Below are positions 25,995-42,951 of a DNA stretch of 64,000 nucleotides, in pieces. The stretch lies in assembly GCF_002105155.1 (NCBI RefSeq), contig NW_019029003.1:496001-560000 (forward strand), read 5' to 3'. Position 1 is the stretch's first letter; each line of letters opens with the position of its first letter. The position numbers were made by a program, and so were the translations under genes. Source of the stretch: Lobosporangium transversale. Taxonomy: Eukaryota. The notes below the pieces were generated by a model. That model was not told the DNA's origin, made no database searches, and was given only the letters and a program-made list of their open reading frames with translations.

Positions 25995-27563
25995 AGAAGA
26001 GAGGAATGGTTTGGAATAATATCTGTCTTAGTACCTTTTTTTCTTTTTCTTTTCTTACCTTCTGTGAATAACCAGCCTTTGCCATAGTACTGGTCGTAAC
26101 AGAGATAATGTCGTGATTATCATGAACTTCTCCCGTGACAGCTGTGAAGCCAAGATACGAGAGTGGAGGCAATTTGACGTCGTACAATGTGAAGCAGGGA
26201 TCCCACTGGTCCCATGCGACAGTCTGAATTTGGAACTAAAGAAGAGAAAAAAAAAGTAAAAGTGAGTACATCAAATAATCCTTGCCTTCCTAACTAATAC
26301 TCGTTTCCATGCCTTTTGAGTGACAACATTGAACAGCCTCCAAAGAACCATTTTTTTAGAACCAATAGAAACTTACAGTAAGGGTGCCGCTCTCACGATA
26401 GTATGTGATCCTGCCTTTGGTAGGAATATCCTTACGTCTAAAATCCACTTCGCATGATCCAACATTATTAGGTTGACCGTCATTCGCATTGTCATAGCTC
26501 GTTCGGCCATCACCAACCATGGCCATCACAAATGGGAACGAGTGCTAAATGCATTAGAACAAAGGTTATAAAACACAGAAGTTATTACTTTGTACAACAA
26601 AGAAAAGGAGAAAGAAAAGTAGACTGATCGTTTTACGTTCAATAGTGTTGATTAGAATTTTTCTTCTTCTTACTGCTTGTCGAGAATTGGCATAGGTATC
26701 AAAGAAAATACCCACGCCCTCGAAATTATCACGGTTTCCAAAAACAGGACCCATCTCTCCATGTTCCTTCGTTAACCATACTGCAAAACCGTCGCCACAA
26801 AGTCCATCGCTCTTGCCATCCACCTTGAACTCGAATTCGACCTGGAAGTTGGCTGCTGTAATAGGCTTTTTTTGTTAACAACAAAAAAAAAAAAAAAAAA
26901 AAAAAGTGCAATTGTCAGATTTTTTGTAGGACTGGGACTTGTATGCAATTAAAGATAGCAAAAGCAAAGAGATTTGCTTCCAGTTTTTCATTACAAGGCG
27001 ACTCCATAGATATCCCGTCTGTGAGGGGACATCGCTAGTGAGACGGACGTGCTTGTTCGTATTAATAAGCGCATCGCCTCCAAAGTCAAACCAACGGTTC
27101 TGTAAATCCTGATCTAAAAAGCAAAGATAAAGAAAAAAATGTTAAAAATAGTTTACCTGATAGCATGCTTGCTCGTTTTATTGGGCTCAATCTTCATACG
27201 TTCATACACACACTAGAAGTGATCTCTTAACCTCCATGAACACAAAAAAAGAAACACGCGAGATGACGTGAATGCAAAAAAAAAAAAAAGGAACATTCGT
27301 AGTATACACCATCCTTTCTTCTTTCTCACTGCCTTTAAGAATACTTTTTTTGTTTCTTTTTCTTTACTATGACAAAAGCCTTCATGATGCACTACAGGTA
27401 TGATCTGATGACAGAAAAAGCTCTTACCGATGTATGGCATGTAAATGGAATGAGTACGGAGGGGATGCACGCCATCATCATCATCATCATCTGCTCTGAC
27501 TATGGTAGTAGTTGCGAGCAGTGCAATACCCATCAACACTCCGGAGAAGAACCCTTTCCTCAT
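25805..27563 (-). CDS. L-type lectin cargo receptor (VIP36/ERGIC-53/Emp47 family), multi-exon
   Basis: Signal peptide MRKGFFSGVLMGIALLA; RTHSIYMPYI, GDGFAVW, FEGVGIFFDTYAN and YLGFTAVTGEVHDNHDII; C-terminal TM helix and short tail ending SKHF*. Confidence 0.9.
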
Positions 27564-27915
27564 GTTTGAATTTTGTTTTCGGTGAAAGTGTCCAAGTATG
27601 CTTTTCCTCTGTTTATATTACTGAACTTATAGATCCCGCGCTATTGCTTGGTTGGATGTTTTGGGTCCTTCAAGAGCTGATTTCGTGTAGCAGCGAGGAA
27701 AAAATAGAGGTAATGTATTTAGAGTAAAGAGTGAGAGAAAGAGAACTAAGAGACGTGGACGCGTAAGGAAGGAAGGAATGAAAGCTCGCTCTGGTCGTGT
27801 ACCACCATTGCTTCGGAAATTAAGGGGTAATGTCACAAGCCCTAGCCCAATTTTTCGAATTAAATTATATTTTATTTTTGTAGTTTGTTTGAATGTGTTT
27901 GCTATAAGATCATAT

Positions 27916-30796
27916 CTACATGCGCTGACGACGCAAACTCTTGCGCATGTTGGTGTATTGCAATGTTTCCTGTCGTTCCAGCATAAAGATGGCTCGCTCG
28001 ATATTGCGTGTATTGAATCCTTGTGATTCCAACTCACGGATGAGGATGGCTGTAGGGATCTGAGATCCGATAGCCACACGACGGCGGATTGCATCTTCCA
28101 CTTGACGCACTTCTTGTGCTCCCTGTTGACGGCTCTGTCCATCCACTACAGCACGTTTCCAACAATTTTGTATCAGATAATAATCATTTTATCTACTGAT
28201 GAAAGAACATAGAAGTGCTAATAAAAAATAAAAATCATTGCATTGATGATACGTACTGGTTCCAGCATTGACGGCGTCCATGGTCGAAAATTTGAAAAGA
28301 CGGATTGCTTCGTCAACATGCTCCTCTGTGGCACGAGGAGACAATGTCATCTTGGCCAACGATTCCGAGATACGAATGATAGCCTCAAGCTGGCGGACTG
28401 TGATGGGGATTGATGTCCTAATGCCCTCCATATCCTGCATATGTCCCACAGTTGAGCGAATACCCACAAAATGACTACTGAGCTTCTCAGATGCTTGTTT
28501 TGTAAGACGTGGTGCAGATTTGAGCTTGCAGTAGCTAATATAGTTCTTCATCTTCTCAATGCTGATCTCACTTGCCGCGGTTTCGCTGGGTCGATCCATA
28601 TGAACATTCATAACATGTCGCGCAATGGTCATATCTCTGCTCTCATTATGCTCATCCTTCAAAATGAAAATCATATCGAATCTAGATAAGATAGTTGTCT
28701 GGAAATCAATGTTTTCGCCTGCGGAGCGCATATCGTCATATCGTCCAAAAACGGGATTGGCTGCTGCCAGCACTGATGTCCTAGAGTTGAGAATAGTAGT
28801 AATACCGGCCTTGGCAATAGAGATGGTCTGTTGCTCCATAGCTTCGTGAATCGCAACTCTGTCCTCATCTCTCATTTTGTCAAACTCATCAATACAGACC
28901 ACTCCTCCATCAGCAAGCACCATGGCGCCTCCTTCAAGATAGAACTCGCGTGTTGAGGGCTCACGGACTACAGATGCTGTCAAACCAGCGGCCGAGGAAC
29001 CCTTTCCCGAAGTATAAACAGCAATGGGTGCGACTTTCTCTACGAACTTGAGCAGCTGTGATTTTGCTGTACCTGGATCTCCGAGCAGTAGAACGTTGAT
29101 GTCTCCACGAAGTTTCATTCCATCCGGTAACACATTTTTTGATCCGCCAAAGAGTAAGCACGAGATAGCCTTCTTAATATCTGTTGGCAATACGGTTGAA
29201 GTATAACGAAAGGAGAACATATCGAGTCAGATACACAATTCAGAACGTCTAAAAAAAAAAAAATATAAAAAATATATATAAAAAAAATCTGTGTCTGACC
29301 ATGATTGCCAAAGATAGATGGTGCGATACTGTTGGCAAATTTTTGATAGAGACCAGGCTCACGAGACATGGCAATGAATTCTTCCTCCTCTTCGTCTGTG
29401 AAAGTTCTTCTGCGACCCGTGGCATCTGTATCTGTTCTGATTCCAACAACGCGGATATATGGTGTGCGAATAGCAATAGCATTTCCTTTCTAATGAACAA
29501 AAAAGACACCGATATTCAACTAAGCTTTAATCACACAGGTCAGCACCATTGGTATCAAAAAACCAAGACATTCGAAAGAATACGTACGCCGGACTTGTTT
29601 TGGAAAACAGAGTAGATACCCATGATAGTAGCTCTGGATCCAGGGACAACACGGTTTGTCAACTCTCTATCAGCACTCAACAAGACATGACGAGGCAACT
29701 CTCCAACTGGCACATCATCGGGTGCTTCCTGTAGCTTCAAGACCTGCTGGTCTACACACTTTGACTTGTCATGGTCAACGACATATGGATCCAAACCGCA
29801 TCCTGATGGGTTGGCTTCTGCGTCCATATTTCTGGAAATTACAAAATAAATGAAATAATATTAGCGTGCGTCTCCTCTTTGAGTCCTATTTAATGTTGAA
29901 CAATACTTCAAATTCGACCAAGAAAAAAAAAAAGAAGAAAAAGCTCTATTGCCATACAGGTCACAAGTGCGAGGCATGCTGATTCCTGAAAATCCAGCTT
30001 GAATAGGGATGCGCTTCGTTTTTGAACAGGATTTGCATCGGATCTGCAGAGCTGTGGCCTTGGACGTCAGAGGCGATGCAGCAATAATGATGCCCGAAAT
30101 ACGAATCAATTTGGAAATGCTATTGGCCTGTTTGATTGGAGGCGAGGGGAAGGAAGGTAATTTGGTTATTCCATGATATGATGTTCTTCTTCAAAAGAAA
30201 AAAGAAAAAAAAAATTGAGGTATGCTTCATTGCACTCAATGAGGAATCACAAAGAGAAGTGTGGGTGCAGCAAATTACATTAAGGTGACGAATCTTGATC
30301 AGGTTGGCGCTTGAATGAAGAGTTACTTGGAAGTCGTCCATCTCCACATCAATGGCTGCATTGGTATACAAAATTCTCTTGGCATGCTGCTTGACAGCAC
30401 TTTCAAACTAACATTTTCCAATAGATTTTACCACCATCCATGCCCATGGTAAAAGAAGAAAAAGAAAAAAATCAGTATCAGGCGCATTCAGCTATTCTTC
30501 TATTCGTGTTTTCCATCAGTATCACCAATGCTGTTGTGTTGTATTGTTGCATTGTTGCATTGTTGCAGTGAATGAATACTCCTGTCCATGAACGACATAC
30601 CAAAGGCAAAAAGTCTGCAGGTCTCTGAGAGAGATTATGAGCCAGTTCTTGGTTAAAAGAGATCAAATCACCCATATCCACCTCCAGCAGATTGCGTTTG
30701 AGCATAATATTTTGACGCAACTGATCACTAAAAAAACACAATGCGAAGCAATGCAATAAAAAGAGATGAATGAATTTCTACTTTGCCGGACAACAT

Positions 30797-30832
<36 letters not shown>

Positions 30833-31002
30833 GCCATTGTGTTTTGTTACCGGTAAATGTAGACGCCATTGATGTGAAACTGTTGGATGAAGGCATAGAA
30901 CATCTCCTGCACTCTGTCCATAGTGGCCTGCTCTTCGTCCTGTTGTGGAGGCAGCACCTGAGCGGTGTGAATGCGCCCAGCGTCCCATCCAATACTAGCC
31001 AT
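27916..31002 (-). CDS. MCM5: DNA replication licensing helicase subunit MCM5
   Basis: [53 protein letters not shown] and SRFD. N-terminus MASIGWDAG and C-terminus [10 protein letters not shown] are Mcm5-type. Confidence 0.95.
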
Positions 31003-31186
31003 GGTTAATTTGAAGCCTGTTTGATACAGAGACAGAGAGAGAGGAGAGACAAGGGGGGGAGGGGAGAGACCAGAAGAGAAGAGCAGGCAGGACGTGTTTT
31101 TTTTTTTTTTCTTCTTTGAGCCAGAACCAACTCGTCCCTGTAAACTCAAACAAGTTTGTTTATTGTTTTGTCCAACAGTTGTAAAT

Positions 31187-31192
31187 ACGCGT
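31187..31192. promoter_or_regulatory. MCB element in the MCM5/LSG1 divergent promoter
   Basis: ACGCGT 185 bp upstream of the MCM5 ATG. Confidence 0.45.
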
Positions 31193-31456
31193 CTTTCATT
31201 TTTAATTAAAACCACGTGATATAACCAGTCCTAAAAATGTTTGTTGATTTTTTTTTTTTTTTTTTTTTTTGTGTGTTTGTTTGCCGCAGCGAAGTAATGA
31301 TTAGTCAGGCAGAGAGAAAGGATATCATTATTTGAAAAGCATCTCCATTTCTCATATTTCTTCCATTCCGCATACATTCCTTCCTTCCTTCTTTCATTTC
31401 ATTCCTCTCTCTCTATCTATCTCTCCTTTCTTCCTTTCTACTCCTCCCCATTCTTC

Positions 31457-31951
31457 ATGGTACTCCCAAAAAGCAAAAAGAACGTTGGTCTAGGCAATGC
31501 CCTCATTAAGGCACGCTTCAAAGGCCGTAGCAGACCAAAAGACGGGGACGAGCGCCTTGTACGTTTATATCTGTGTATAAAGACATATTAACAAAAAAAA
31601 AAAAAAAAAAAAAAAAAGGAAAAGAAGGGTTTCAATTGACATCATTGAAATGGCTCGTTTATTCTTATATCTAATCCATTGAGAGCCTTTTTCTTATTTT
31701 TCCCACAGCACTCAGCTGATATTGATGATGGTGCCAGTTGGACTCGTCTCCAATCCGTCACACAGGAGGGCGATCTTGAGTCTTTCTTAAGTACCGCAGA
31801 ATTGGCTGGTACAGAATTCACTGCAGGTAAAACTTTTTTGTTTTTTTTGACAATAACACATAACAATATAATACTGATCCAATATTGCTTGGGTTTTCTG
31901 TTTTCTTGATTGATTTATAATGCTAATACATCCAATTATTTTATTTTTTTA

Positions 31952-31987
<36 letters not shown>

Positions 31988-34137
31988 AGAAAAACTGAAC
32001 ATCAAAGTCATTTCCAACCATTATGAAAACCCATTCATGCTCTCTGCTGACAAGGAAAAAGAAACCCTCGCCAAACACAAAGAATTCAAAAAAGAACTTA
32101 CAGTTCCTCGTCGCCCCCCTTGGACTTCCACCACAACTGCTTCAGAACTTCAACGGATGGAACGTCAATCCTTCTTGGACTGGCGTCGTTCCCTTGCCAC
32201 CTTGGCGGAACGTGAATCCTTACTCTTGACCCCCTTTGAACGTAATATCGAGGTCTGGCGTCAACTCTGGCGTGTCATCGAACGTTCTCATCTGGTCGTT
32301 CAAATCGTCGATGCTCGTAACCCTTTGTTCTTCAGATCCACTGATTTGGAAATCTATGTTCAACAAGTCGACCCTCGTAAAAAGAATCTCTTATTGATCA
32401 ACAAGGCCGATTATCTGACAGTTCAACAACGTAAAAAATGGGCTGATTACTTTGATTCCGAAGGCATCCGTTATACTTTCTTCTCCGCCGCTTTAGCAAA
32501 AGAAAGACTGGATAAGGAACAGGCCGAGAAGGATAAAATTGAAGCTCTGGCTCAAGAACTGGCGGAGATGAAGGCTGCCAATTCGGATTACATGGATGAT
32601 GAGGATGAGGATGAAGGTGAAGATGAAGCAGACTATGATGTTGTTGATGATGAAAATGAAAAAGCACAAAAAGAAAACGACAGCTCCGCAAAGGATACTG
32701 AAGAGAAGACAAGCAAGGCTGTTGAAGATTCTTCATCGTCTGAAGCTACTACTGCTACTACTACCACTACTGCTATCACTACTACTACTAAATATCAGGA
32801 TGAACAGCAGGAAGAAGAAGAGGAGGAAGAGGAGGAGGAGGAAGAAGAAGATGATGATGAAGATGATGAAGATACAGAAGAAGAAGATACAGAAGAAGAA
32901 GATACAGAAGATAAACCCAACAAGACACATTCTCATTGGAAAGCTATCAAAGAAACCGAGAAGGACGATGAGCGCACCCGTATCCGTGACACCAAAGAAC
33001 TCTATCAGCTCTTCCTCAAGGAGACTCCCATCATTGATGATCCTCGGAACCCACTGAATGGGATCATGTCCATTGGTCTCGTCGGTTATCCCAACGTTGG
33101 TAAATCCTCCACCATCAACGCCCTTCTGGGTGAGCATGCTGTCTCTGTTTCGTCCACACCAGGAAAGACCAAACATTTCCAAACGATTCATTTGACACCC
33201 AAGATGATTCTTTGCGATTGTCCCGGACTGGTGTTCCCTTCGTTTGCAACCACACAGGGAGACATGGTCTGTAATGGTGTCTTGCCAATCGATCAATTGC
33301 GTGAGTTTACAGGATCAGTTGGTTTGGTCGCCAAGAGGATCCCAAAGGAAGTTCTTGAGGCCATCTATGGTATCAAGATCGCAGTCCTGAGTGAGGAAGA
33401 AGGAGGAACTGGTGTACCCACTGCAGAAGAATTCTTGATTGCCTACGCTGTTGCCCGTGGATTTACAAAAGCCGGTCAAGGTAACCCGGATGAATCTCGC
33501 GCTGCCCGTTACATTTTGAAGGATTATGTCAATGTAAGTAATTTTTTTTTTTTCCTTTTTTTGTTGAGAATGACCATGAATATATAAATGTACTAGTCTT
33601 TCCAAGGACCTTTTTTTCATATATTTTTTGTTTTATTATTATTATTATTAGGGAAAATTGCTTTACTGCACGCCTCCTCCAGGTGTAGATTCTATTGAAT
33701 TCAACCAGGAGCATAACCAACTCGATCGATTCAAGAAGCGTAAACAATTACCCACAAGTCGTCTTCCCGCTAATGCTTCAACCTACATCAACATGAACTC
33801 TGTCACACCCTTGTCTCACACTGGATCGGGTACAGGCAAGACCACAGCCATTGACAACACTTTCTTTAAACAAGCTCCCTCTACTTCGTACTTGCCTAAA
33901 GTCAAGGGCAAGACTGCAGTTGATCTCTCCAAAGGCATGACTCGTGTCCAAATGTATCCCCATCAACAACAAACAGACAATCAAGGCTATGTCTCTAGAA
34001 AGATGAGGATGCAAATGGTCGCTCAAAACTTGGCAGATATGGGGGTCGAAGGAGGTGTTGCTGGTGCACTTGGAAACAAGAAACATAAGAAAGGAAAGAA
34101 GAACGTCAAACAGCGCTCAGACAGTGGCCTTTACTAA
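31457..34137 (+). CDS. LSG1: Large ribosomal subunit GTPase 1 (circularly permuted GTPase), multi-exon
   Basis: LQSVTQEGDLESFLSTAELAGTEF, LTPFERNIEVWRQLWRVIERS, NKAD, GYPNVGKSS and DCPGLVFP. Contains a long acidic/Thr insertion. Confidence 0.95.
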
Positions 34138-34155
34138 AACAAAAACATGGAGAAC

Positions 34156-34189
<34 letters not shown>

Positions 34190-34436
34190 TATCATTGATC
34201 AATTGATTCCATTTCATGTAGCATTATTATCAATCTTTTTGTTTTCTTTAGATCGTTTCCTATCCTAGACATTAAAAAAAAAAAAAAAAAAAAAAAAAGA
34301 TAGATTGCTCTTGCCACGTTGTCGTTGTTCATGCAATGCATACTATAACCGCTTACAATACACAAAAAACGTCGTGAATGAATAGTCAAAGTTTTTTATA
34401 AATGTTTATGCATGTAAATACAAAAAAAAAATGGCT

Positions 34437-36958
<2,522 letters not shown>

Positions 36959-37259
36959 GGTGGGTGAGTCAATGTAATGCAGTGTGGAATGAAGGAGCAG
37001 AAAAAGTAGGACGCACAGACTTTTGCAATAAAAAAAAAAAAAAAAAAAAAAAAAGCTATTTATTCCAAGCCACAAATCATAACTGTTGTTGGGAATTTGT
37101 TTATTTTACACAGGTTCATAAAAGTGTTTTCATTTACGAGAAAAAAAAAAAGATAACTCCTTCTCCCTTCTCGCTGGAGAAAAAGCAAAAATAAAACAAA
37201 AATGTATCGTTACTAATAGCATTACTTCTGATCATATCATATCTTTTCATATGCTTTTC

Positions 37260-37290
<31 letters not shown>

Positions 37291-37304
37291 GTTTGTCTGT
37301 TTCC

Positions 37305-40300
37305 TTAAAACAGGGTGTTGCTGCTGTAAGCTCCGCCGTTCATGTTTGTAGACTGTCCAAAGGTGTTATTGTTGCCAAAGCCAGTCGCCTGCGCCTGGAA
37401 AGGGTTGTTGCTATTGCTGCGACCAAGCGAGGTATCACCAACGTCGATCAACGAGTTGCTGGTGTTACTGTTGCCTCCGAAACCTTGGAATGGATTGGCT
37501 GCACTTCCTCCACCTATGTTGTTGGCTCCACGGTTGCCTAACCCGAAACTATGGTGACTATCATAATAGTAACATGCAATAATGCAATTATGTACAGAAA
37601 GTGAGATGATTGAAATATAAGCATCCCACTATTGTCATAAAATAAAGGTAACTACACTTACGCTGGGATACGAAGCTGTCCTGTATTTCCAAAAGTATCC
37701 ATGCCATCTTCGCGGTTTTGAAGTGCCATAGCTAACGCAGAGTATTTCTCGTCATTTGGATTAGATGGCTTTGCTATAGTCTATTTTTGATAATGGCCAA
37801 AGAAGAATAAATAATAATAAAAAAAAAAAAAAAACATAAAAGTATGCTCGTGTCAGCGTCAACGTTCATGTCCTTGAAAGAAATGGCTAATATATCCACA
37901 CTGCAGGATGTAAATAAACAAATAAAAACAAAAAGCTTACAGCCTTGTTAGCAGCAGGTGATCCAGTCATGGTATTCTGGAGGAAAGCAAGATCGCCCAA
38001 TGGATTATTGTTGCTGGCATTATTGCTACTGCTATTGGTATTGCTTCCACTGTTGAAACTGTTGCTGCCAAACCCATTACTGCCAAATCCATTGTTACCA
38101 AATCCATTGCTCATGCTGCTATTCAAACCATTATTATTATTGAGGCCATTATTTAAGTCACTCATGCCATTCGAATTGAAGGGTTGTCCCGTCATGGCAG
38201 GCTTTTGAGCGAAAGCACTGAATGGGTTATTGGATCCAATTGTAGGTGTTCCTGTCATTTGAGGGACCATCAGCTGTTGTTGATATGGGTTGTTTATCGA
38301 GTTCATAAATGCCATCTGCTGCTGTTGCTGCATCTGTTGCTCCAACATCTGCTGGCGCATTAATTCTTGCTGTTGAAGTTGTTGTTGCTGAAGCTGCTGC
38401 TGTTGGAACTGAAGGTAGGGGTTGTTCATTCCAGTGGGTTGCTGTTGAAGGAAAGCATTGTTGTTGCCATTGAAGCCATTCATGGAAGAGAAAGCATCAA
38501 GATTGTTCCCATTATTATTGTTTTGGCCGCCAAAGTCATTACCGAAAAAGTCAAAATTGTTCTGCTCAAACTGATTCGCTGGCCTAAATGCAATAACAAA
38601 AGGAGCAACATATAAGAGATCAATTACCGATGGTCCGCAGCGATTCATCTAGAAAATACCCAGACATGTTTCGCATTAGACTTTTTGCATACTTTGAATC
38701 TGCTTCCCAATCTTCTGTCAATGAAAGTTGGTTGTATTTTTCAACATTCTTTCGTCTGTCCTCCTCCTCCTTCATGCTCAGCTCAAGTGCTTTTTGGATA
38801 TCGTCTTCTTCACTGTTTCATTATATAGCGAAAAAAAAAAAAAAAAAGAAATGTAAGTGATCGCATACAAGAGGAGAACTCGATTAGTTTACTAAATGTC
38901 CATTCGGACTTTGATAGCGATACCTTTTGCGCTGGCTGGATTCACGTGCGGTACGTTTGCTCTCCTCGATCGCACGCTGCAGGTCACGATCATCATCGAT
39001 AGCTCCAGGACGCTCATAGACAGGTGAATGATCGTCTCCATATGTCCTTCCGCTCATACGGTCACGCATAGCATTACGAGACCGTCGCTCTTCCTTCAAT
39101 CGAGCCTCATCAGAGAGTAGGGCTGTAATATCTTTGGCTTTCTGACGCACTATAGAGAGAATGACGATTATTGATATATATATATATATATGCAATAATA
39201 TGAAGAAGTATGAAATTAGAAAACTATTCATATATCCTAGCAGACCTTAGTTGATCTAAAGTAGGAGAGACGAGCTTAAAGTAGCTTGAGCGAACCTACT
39301 AAGCAGAAGCTGCTTCAGAGGCCCTATTATGCTCACTACATACCATTTGATCCTTGATCTTTTCCTTCTTCATCGATATACTGGAACTCTTTAAGAGTCT
39401 TGACGATATAGATATTTTCACGGGCATATCGGACCACATTCTCAGATCCTGTATCACATTGATTGTAATTTAAGCATAAGACTCTAGTGTTAGTAAAACA
39501 ATTGAACCTTCTCGCACCACAGCCCATTTCCTCCGATCGATTTTAAAATAACTTAATTTTCCAAAGACTACATACCAACATGAAGTAGATAGTCAAGAAC
39601 AGTCAAGGCCTATAAACGGACGAAAAATGATACATGTGGATTAGATAAAGGTCAAAAGATATTAATTAGGCAATCGAACTTGCAGCTAAATAGATTGATC
39701 AATTCGACTCCAAGTATTGCAGCAATAGCAACTGCTACTACTGCAGAAGCGTAGTATGGGCAGACATAATGTTACTTAGGTACTGGGAATGCTCATTGAA
39801 TTTCGGTCACCCTTTTTTTTTTTGGGAGCTCTTTAGTCCCAGCTCTTCAATGCTCATAATCTTTGTCGTGATCCATTCTTCCAATACATCCGCCTTTGCG
39901 CCTTTAGTTCCTGCTCTGTACGCCATGCTGTCTCCAAGTCCCGAGTCACTATTTAAAAAAAAGTTCCAGTACGTGAGGAGAAAATAATTGACAAGGTTTT
40001 ACCTTGAAAACATGTCGCCAATTTTTGCCTTTGTCATTCATGCGCTTATCCAAGATCTCCATAATCTCAAGAAAAGCCTGCCTGTAAAAGCATCACGATA
40101 ATATATGTCAAGAGAAAAAAAATAAAAGAATAAAAAAAGTACATTGTTTTAGTTGGGTTGTCATGTGTTGTAATTGCGTCAATTCCTACACATTGTAAAA
40201 TCATTCATGTTTCATGAGAAAAGAAAAAATAAAACTTACTGATTAAAGGTTGCAGCAGCGAGTTCATTCATCTGTGTGCCACTTGGTCCCCAAGGGTCGT

Positions 40301-40659
40301 TTGAGGTTGCTTCTCGAACCTTGGCTTGCATGTCTGTATAGCCTTTGGAAAAGTTTTTACTGCAAACAAATGATTTTGATTCATGCCACAGGAGAAAAAA
40401 AAAAAAAAAAGAAAGAGAGAGTTTAATGCCTGGAAAGAGAAATGTGGTTCATAATGAACCAACCCCGTTTACTGTTCATTCATATCCCAGGAGATAAACT
40501 AGAAAAAAAAAAATGGCGGCAAAGTAGACAATGTAGAGAAAAAAAAGAAAAGAAAAAGAAAAGGCTTCCTAGCGGTGGATGGATATTACTACTTTGTGTA
40601 GGAGAGTCTTACATTGAGCGAAGTGTGCTCTTGGCGGCATATTTTGGAGTAGCCGACAT
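37305..40659 (-). CDS. ENT1: Epsin (ENTH domain, two UIMs, NPF motifs), many exons
   Basis: KVREATSNDPWGPSG, WRHVFK|ALTVLDYLLHVG|SENVV; UIMs DLQRAIEESK and DIQKALELSM; several NPF motifs. ATG at 40659, TAA at 37307-37305. Confidence 0.9.
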
Positions 40660-41345
40660 GGTTGTTGCTATGTATAAATATGCTTGTGTGTGTGTGTGTG
40701 TGTGTGTGAAAATGTATGTGTATGAATGAATATGAATATGAATATGAATATGTGGGTGAGTATGCGAATACAGCTGTGTCAGTAAGTGTGAGAGAAAGAA
40801 AGTGAGGGAGAATGAAAGGAGAGCGAAGAAAAGGAATGGAATGGAATTGTCAATTCAAAAAGGAGTGAAAAAGAAACAAAAAAAAAAAAAAAAGAAAAAG
40901 AAAAAGAGTGTCAAAGCAATAAAAGAAAGACTTTTAATCAAAGATAACCGCTATGTTGTGTTGCAGACTAGGACGAAGACTAAAAGGAAGGACTAGGGAT
41001 GGCCTAAAAGGACTAGAAATCTTTTTTCTTTTTGCAAGTGACCTCATGAGTGATGGGATTGGTTGGAGAAGATGATTGTTTGTTACGCGCGCTCTTTTTT
41101 ACTTGTATGACAGACAACCTTTTTCTTTTTGACTCTTCTCTTTTTCTTTCCATCTTTCTTGCACTTCTATTTTCCGCTTTGTGTTCCCCCCCCTCCCCAT
41201 TCTGGCATCCCCCACATCTTCATTTCATAGCCTTTTCGTCTTTGCACTCATGGCCATCGCTTAGATAAATAAACAAGAAAAAATAATTAAAATAAAGAGG
41301 CGCCCCAACATCAAAAAAACAATGCTTTCCCTCTATAAATGTGAG

Positions 41346-41385
<40 letters not shown>

Positions 41386-42951
41386 TCCCTTGCAGGCAGA
41401 CATTAATATTTTTTTTTTTTAAAAAAACTCTCTCACCCAGGCACAAAGTTTTTGATTTAATGATAATGTTGACGTGAGAGAGTGGGAGAGATGAAACCTG
41501 TTGTTCTAATTGGACAGATGAATGCAAAGACTCTGATTGAGTTTCTACACACATTTATTACACATGTATCTATGAAACATGTAAAACCCTTTTTGCAATA
41601 AATATATATATATATATCCGTTACCACTCCGGACACAATCATTTGACCACCTCCCAATAATGCTGAATCCGTTTGGTGGCTGATTTTTTGCCTTTTCATC
41701 CATCCATAACAAGCAAACTAACTGGCAACAAAGTGAACCAAAGCTATTTACAAGGAGAAGGCAGAAAGAATGAAACGTGGAGCTTATCCAAAAGTCCAAA
41801 AAGATGAAGCAAATGGATCCTGCCAACGGAGCTGCGAAAGACGACATGACTATCCGGAACTATGCGTTATAGAGCCGTGTCAAGATCAAAAAGTTATGAC
41901 AGGCTTCCACAATAAATAGAGCCCTACACTCATGGCACAACGCCATTGCCTATCTTCTAATACAGGACTCATTTCGCTGTTGCTCTTGCTGTTCCCCGTC
42001 CACTCTACTAATGTTGAACAAGTGACATGATTGAATACTTGATTAAACTACCAATATATACTCTATGTACATACATCCACCCTCGTTTCTTAAGATAAGC
42101 CTCATTTTCTATTGAACATTGATATATCGTTCCGATTTACAGAATGGAAAAATTAACATTGATGAACTATGAAGCCTTATACTTGCTCAGCTTTGTTTCG
42201 GAGGGTTTTGGATCACTTGACTAGACCTGTCCATGCTTTGAAGACATAGTATTGATATGCACCAAAAGAAAAGAGAAGAATCTTTAAGGATCTGTTTTAC
42301 TCACCTTGCCCTTCCTTTCAAGCCTTCGTTCTTAATTCACTGAAATAAGGCTTCTCGTTCTTTGTTAATATGATATATATACCAAGGTAAAGAGCGTGAC
42401 CATTCTTTTTTACTTTTTAATTTCGAAAGCAGCGGAATATTTTTAGATCCCACAATTAATTTCTGTAATGTACGACAATGTCCTGTTCTAGCTTAAAGAG
42501 CAGTCTCGTCTCATTTAAATAAACTATTCTCCCGTGGCCCTCAAAAGATCCCTATCAAAAAAGCACGCATCATTGCCACGCTCAATTGATGGTCACATGA
42601 CAATCATCGAATCTGAGTGCCAAGGTTGATCCGCTCTAAGCTTCAACCACTTTGCAAGATCGCAAATGAGTTTCTTAAAGAAGCACGCGACTCTGTCATT
42701 CAGTTGGCATCTGGGTTATCGTGCGCCGAAGGGAACTTATAGTCCTCTTGATTAACGTAAAAAAAAAATCCATTCGATCTTTTTATTTTTTATTTTTCTT
42801 TATTCCTTTCTTTACCTTGTCCTTTTTATAATCTTTTTTTTTTTTTTTTTTTTTTTTTTATTCCTTTCTATATGATTAATATAAATGTATACTTTGGATT
42901 GATGGATCTATTATTATTATTATTATTATTATTTCTTTTTTTGGTACTCTG

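Noticed and set aside
32596..33296. Alternate-frame and antisense ORFs in LSG1 (similar ones in the SAP, PRP16 and epsin genes)
   Set aside because: By-products of low-complexity codon repeats.
41800..42760. Possible decayed LRR/F-box gene
   Set aside because: Only a single ITxLDLS-like fragment amid stops, too weak to call.
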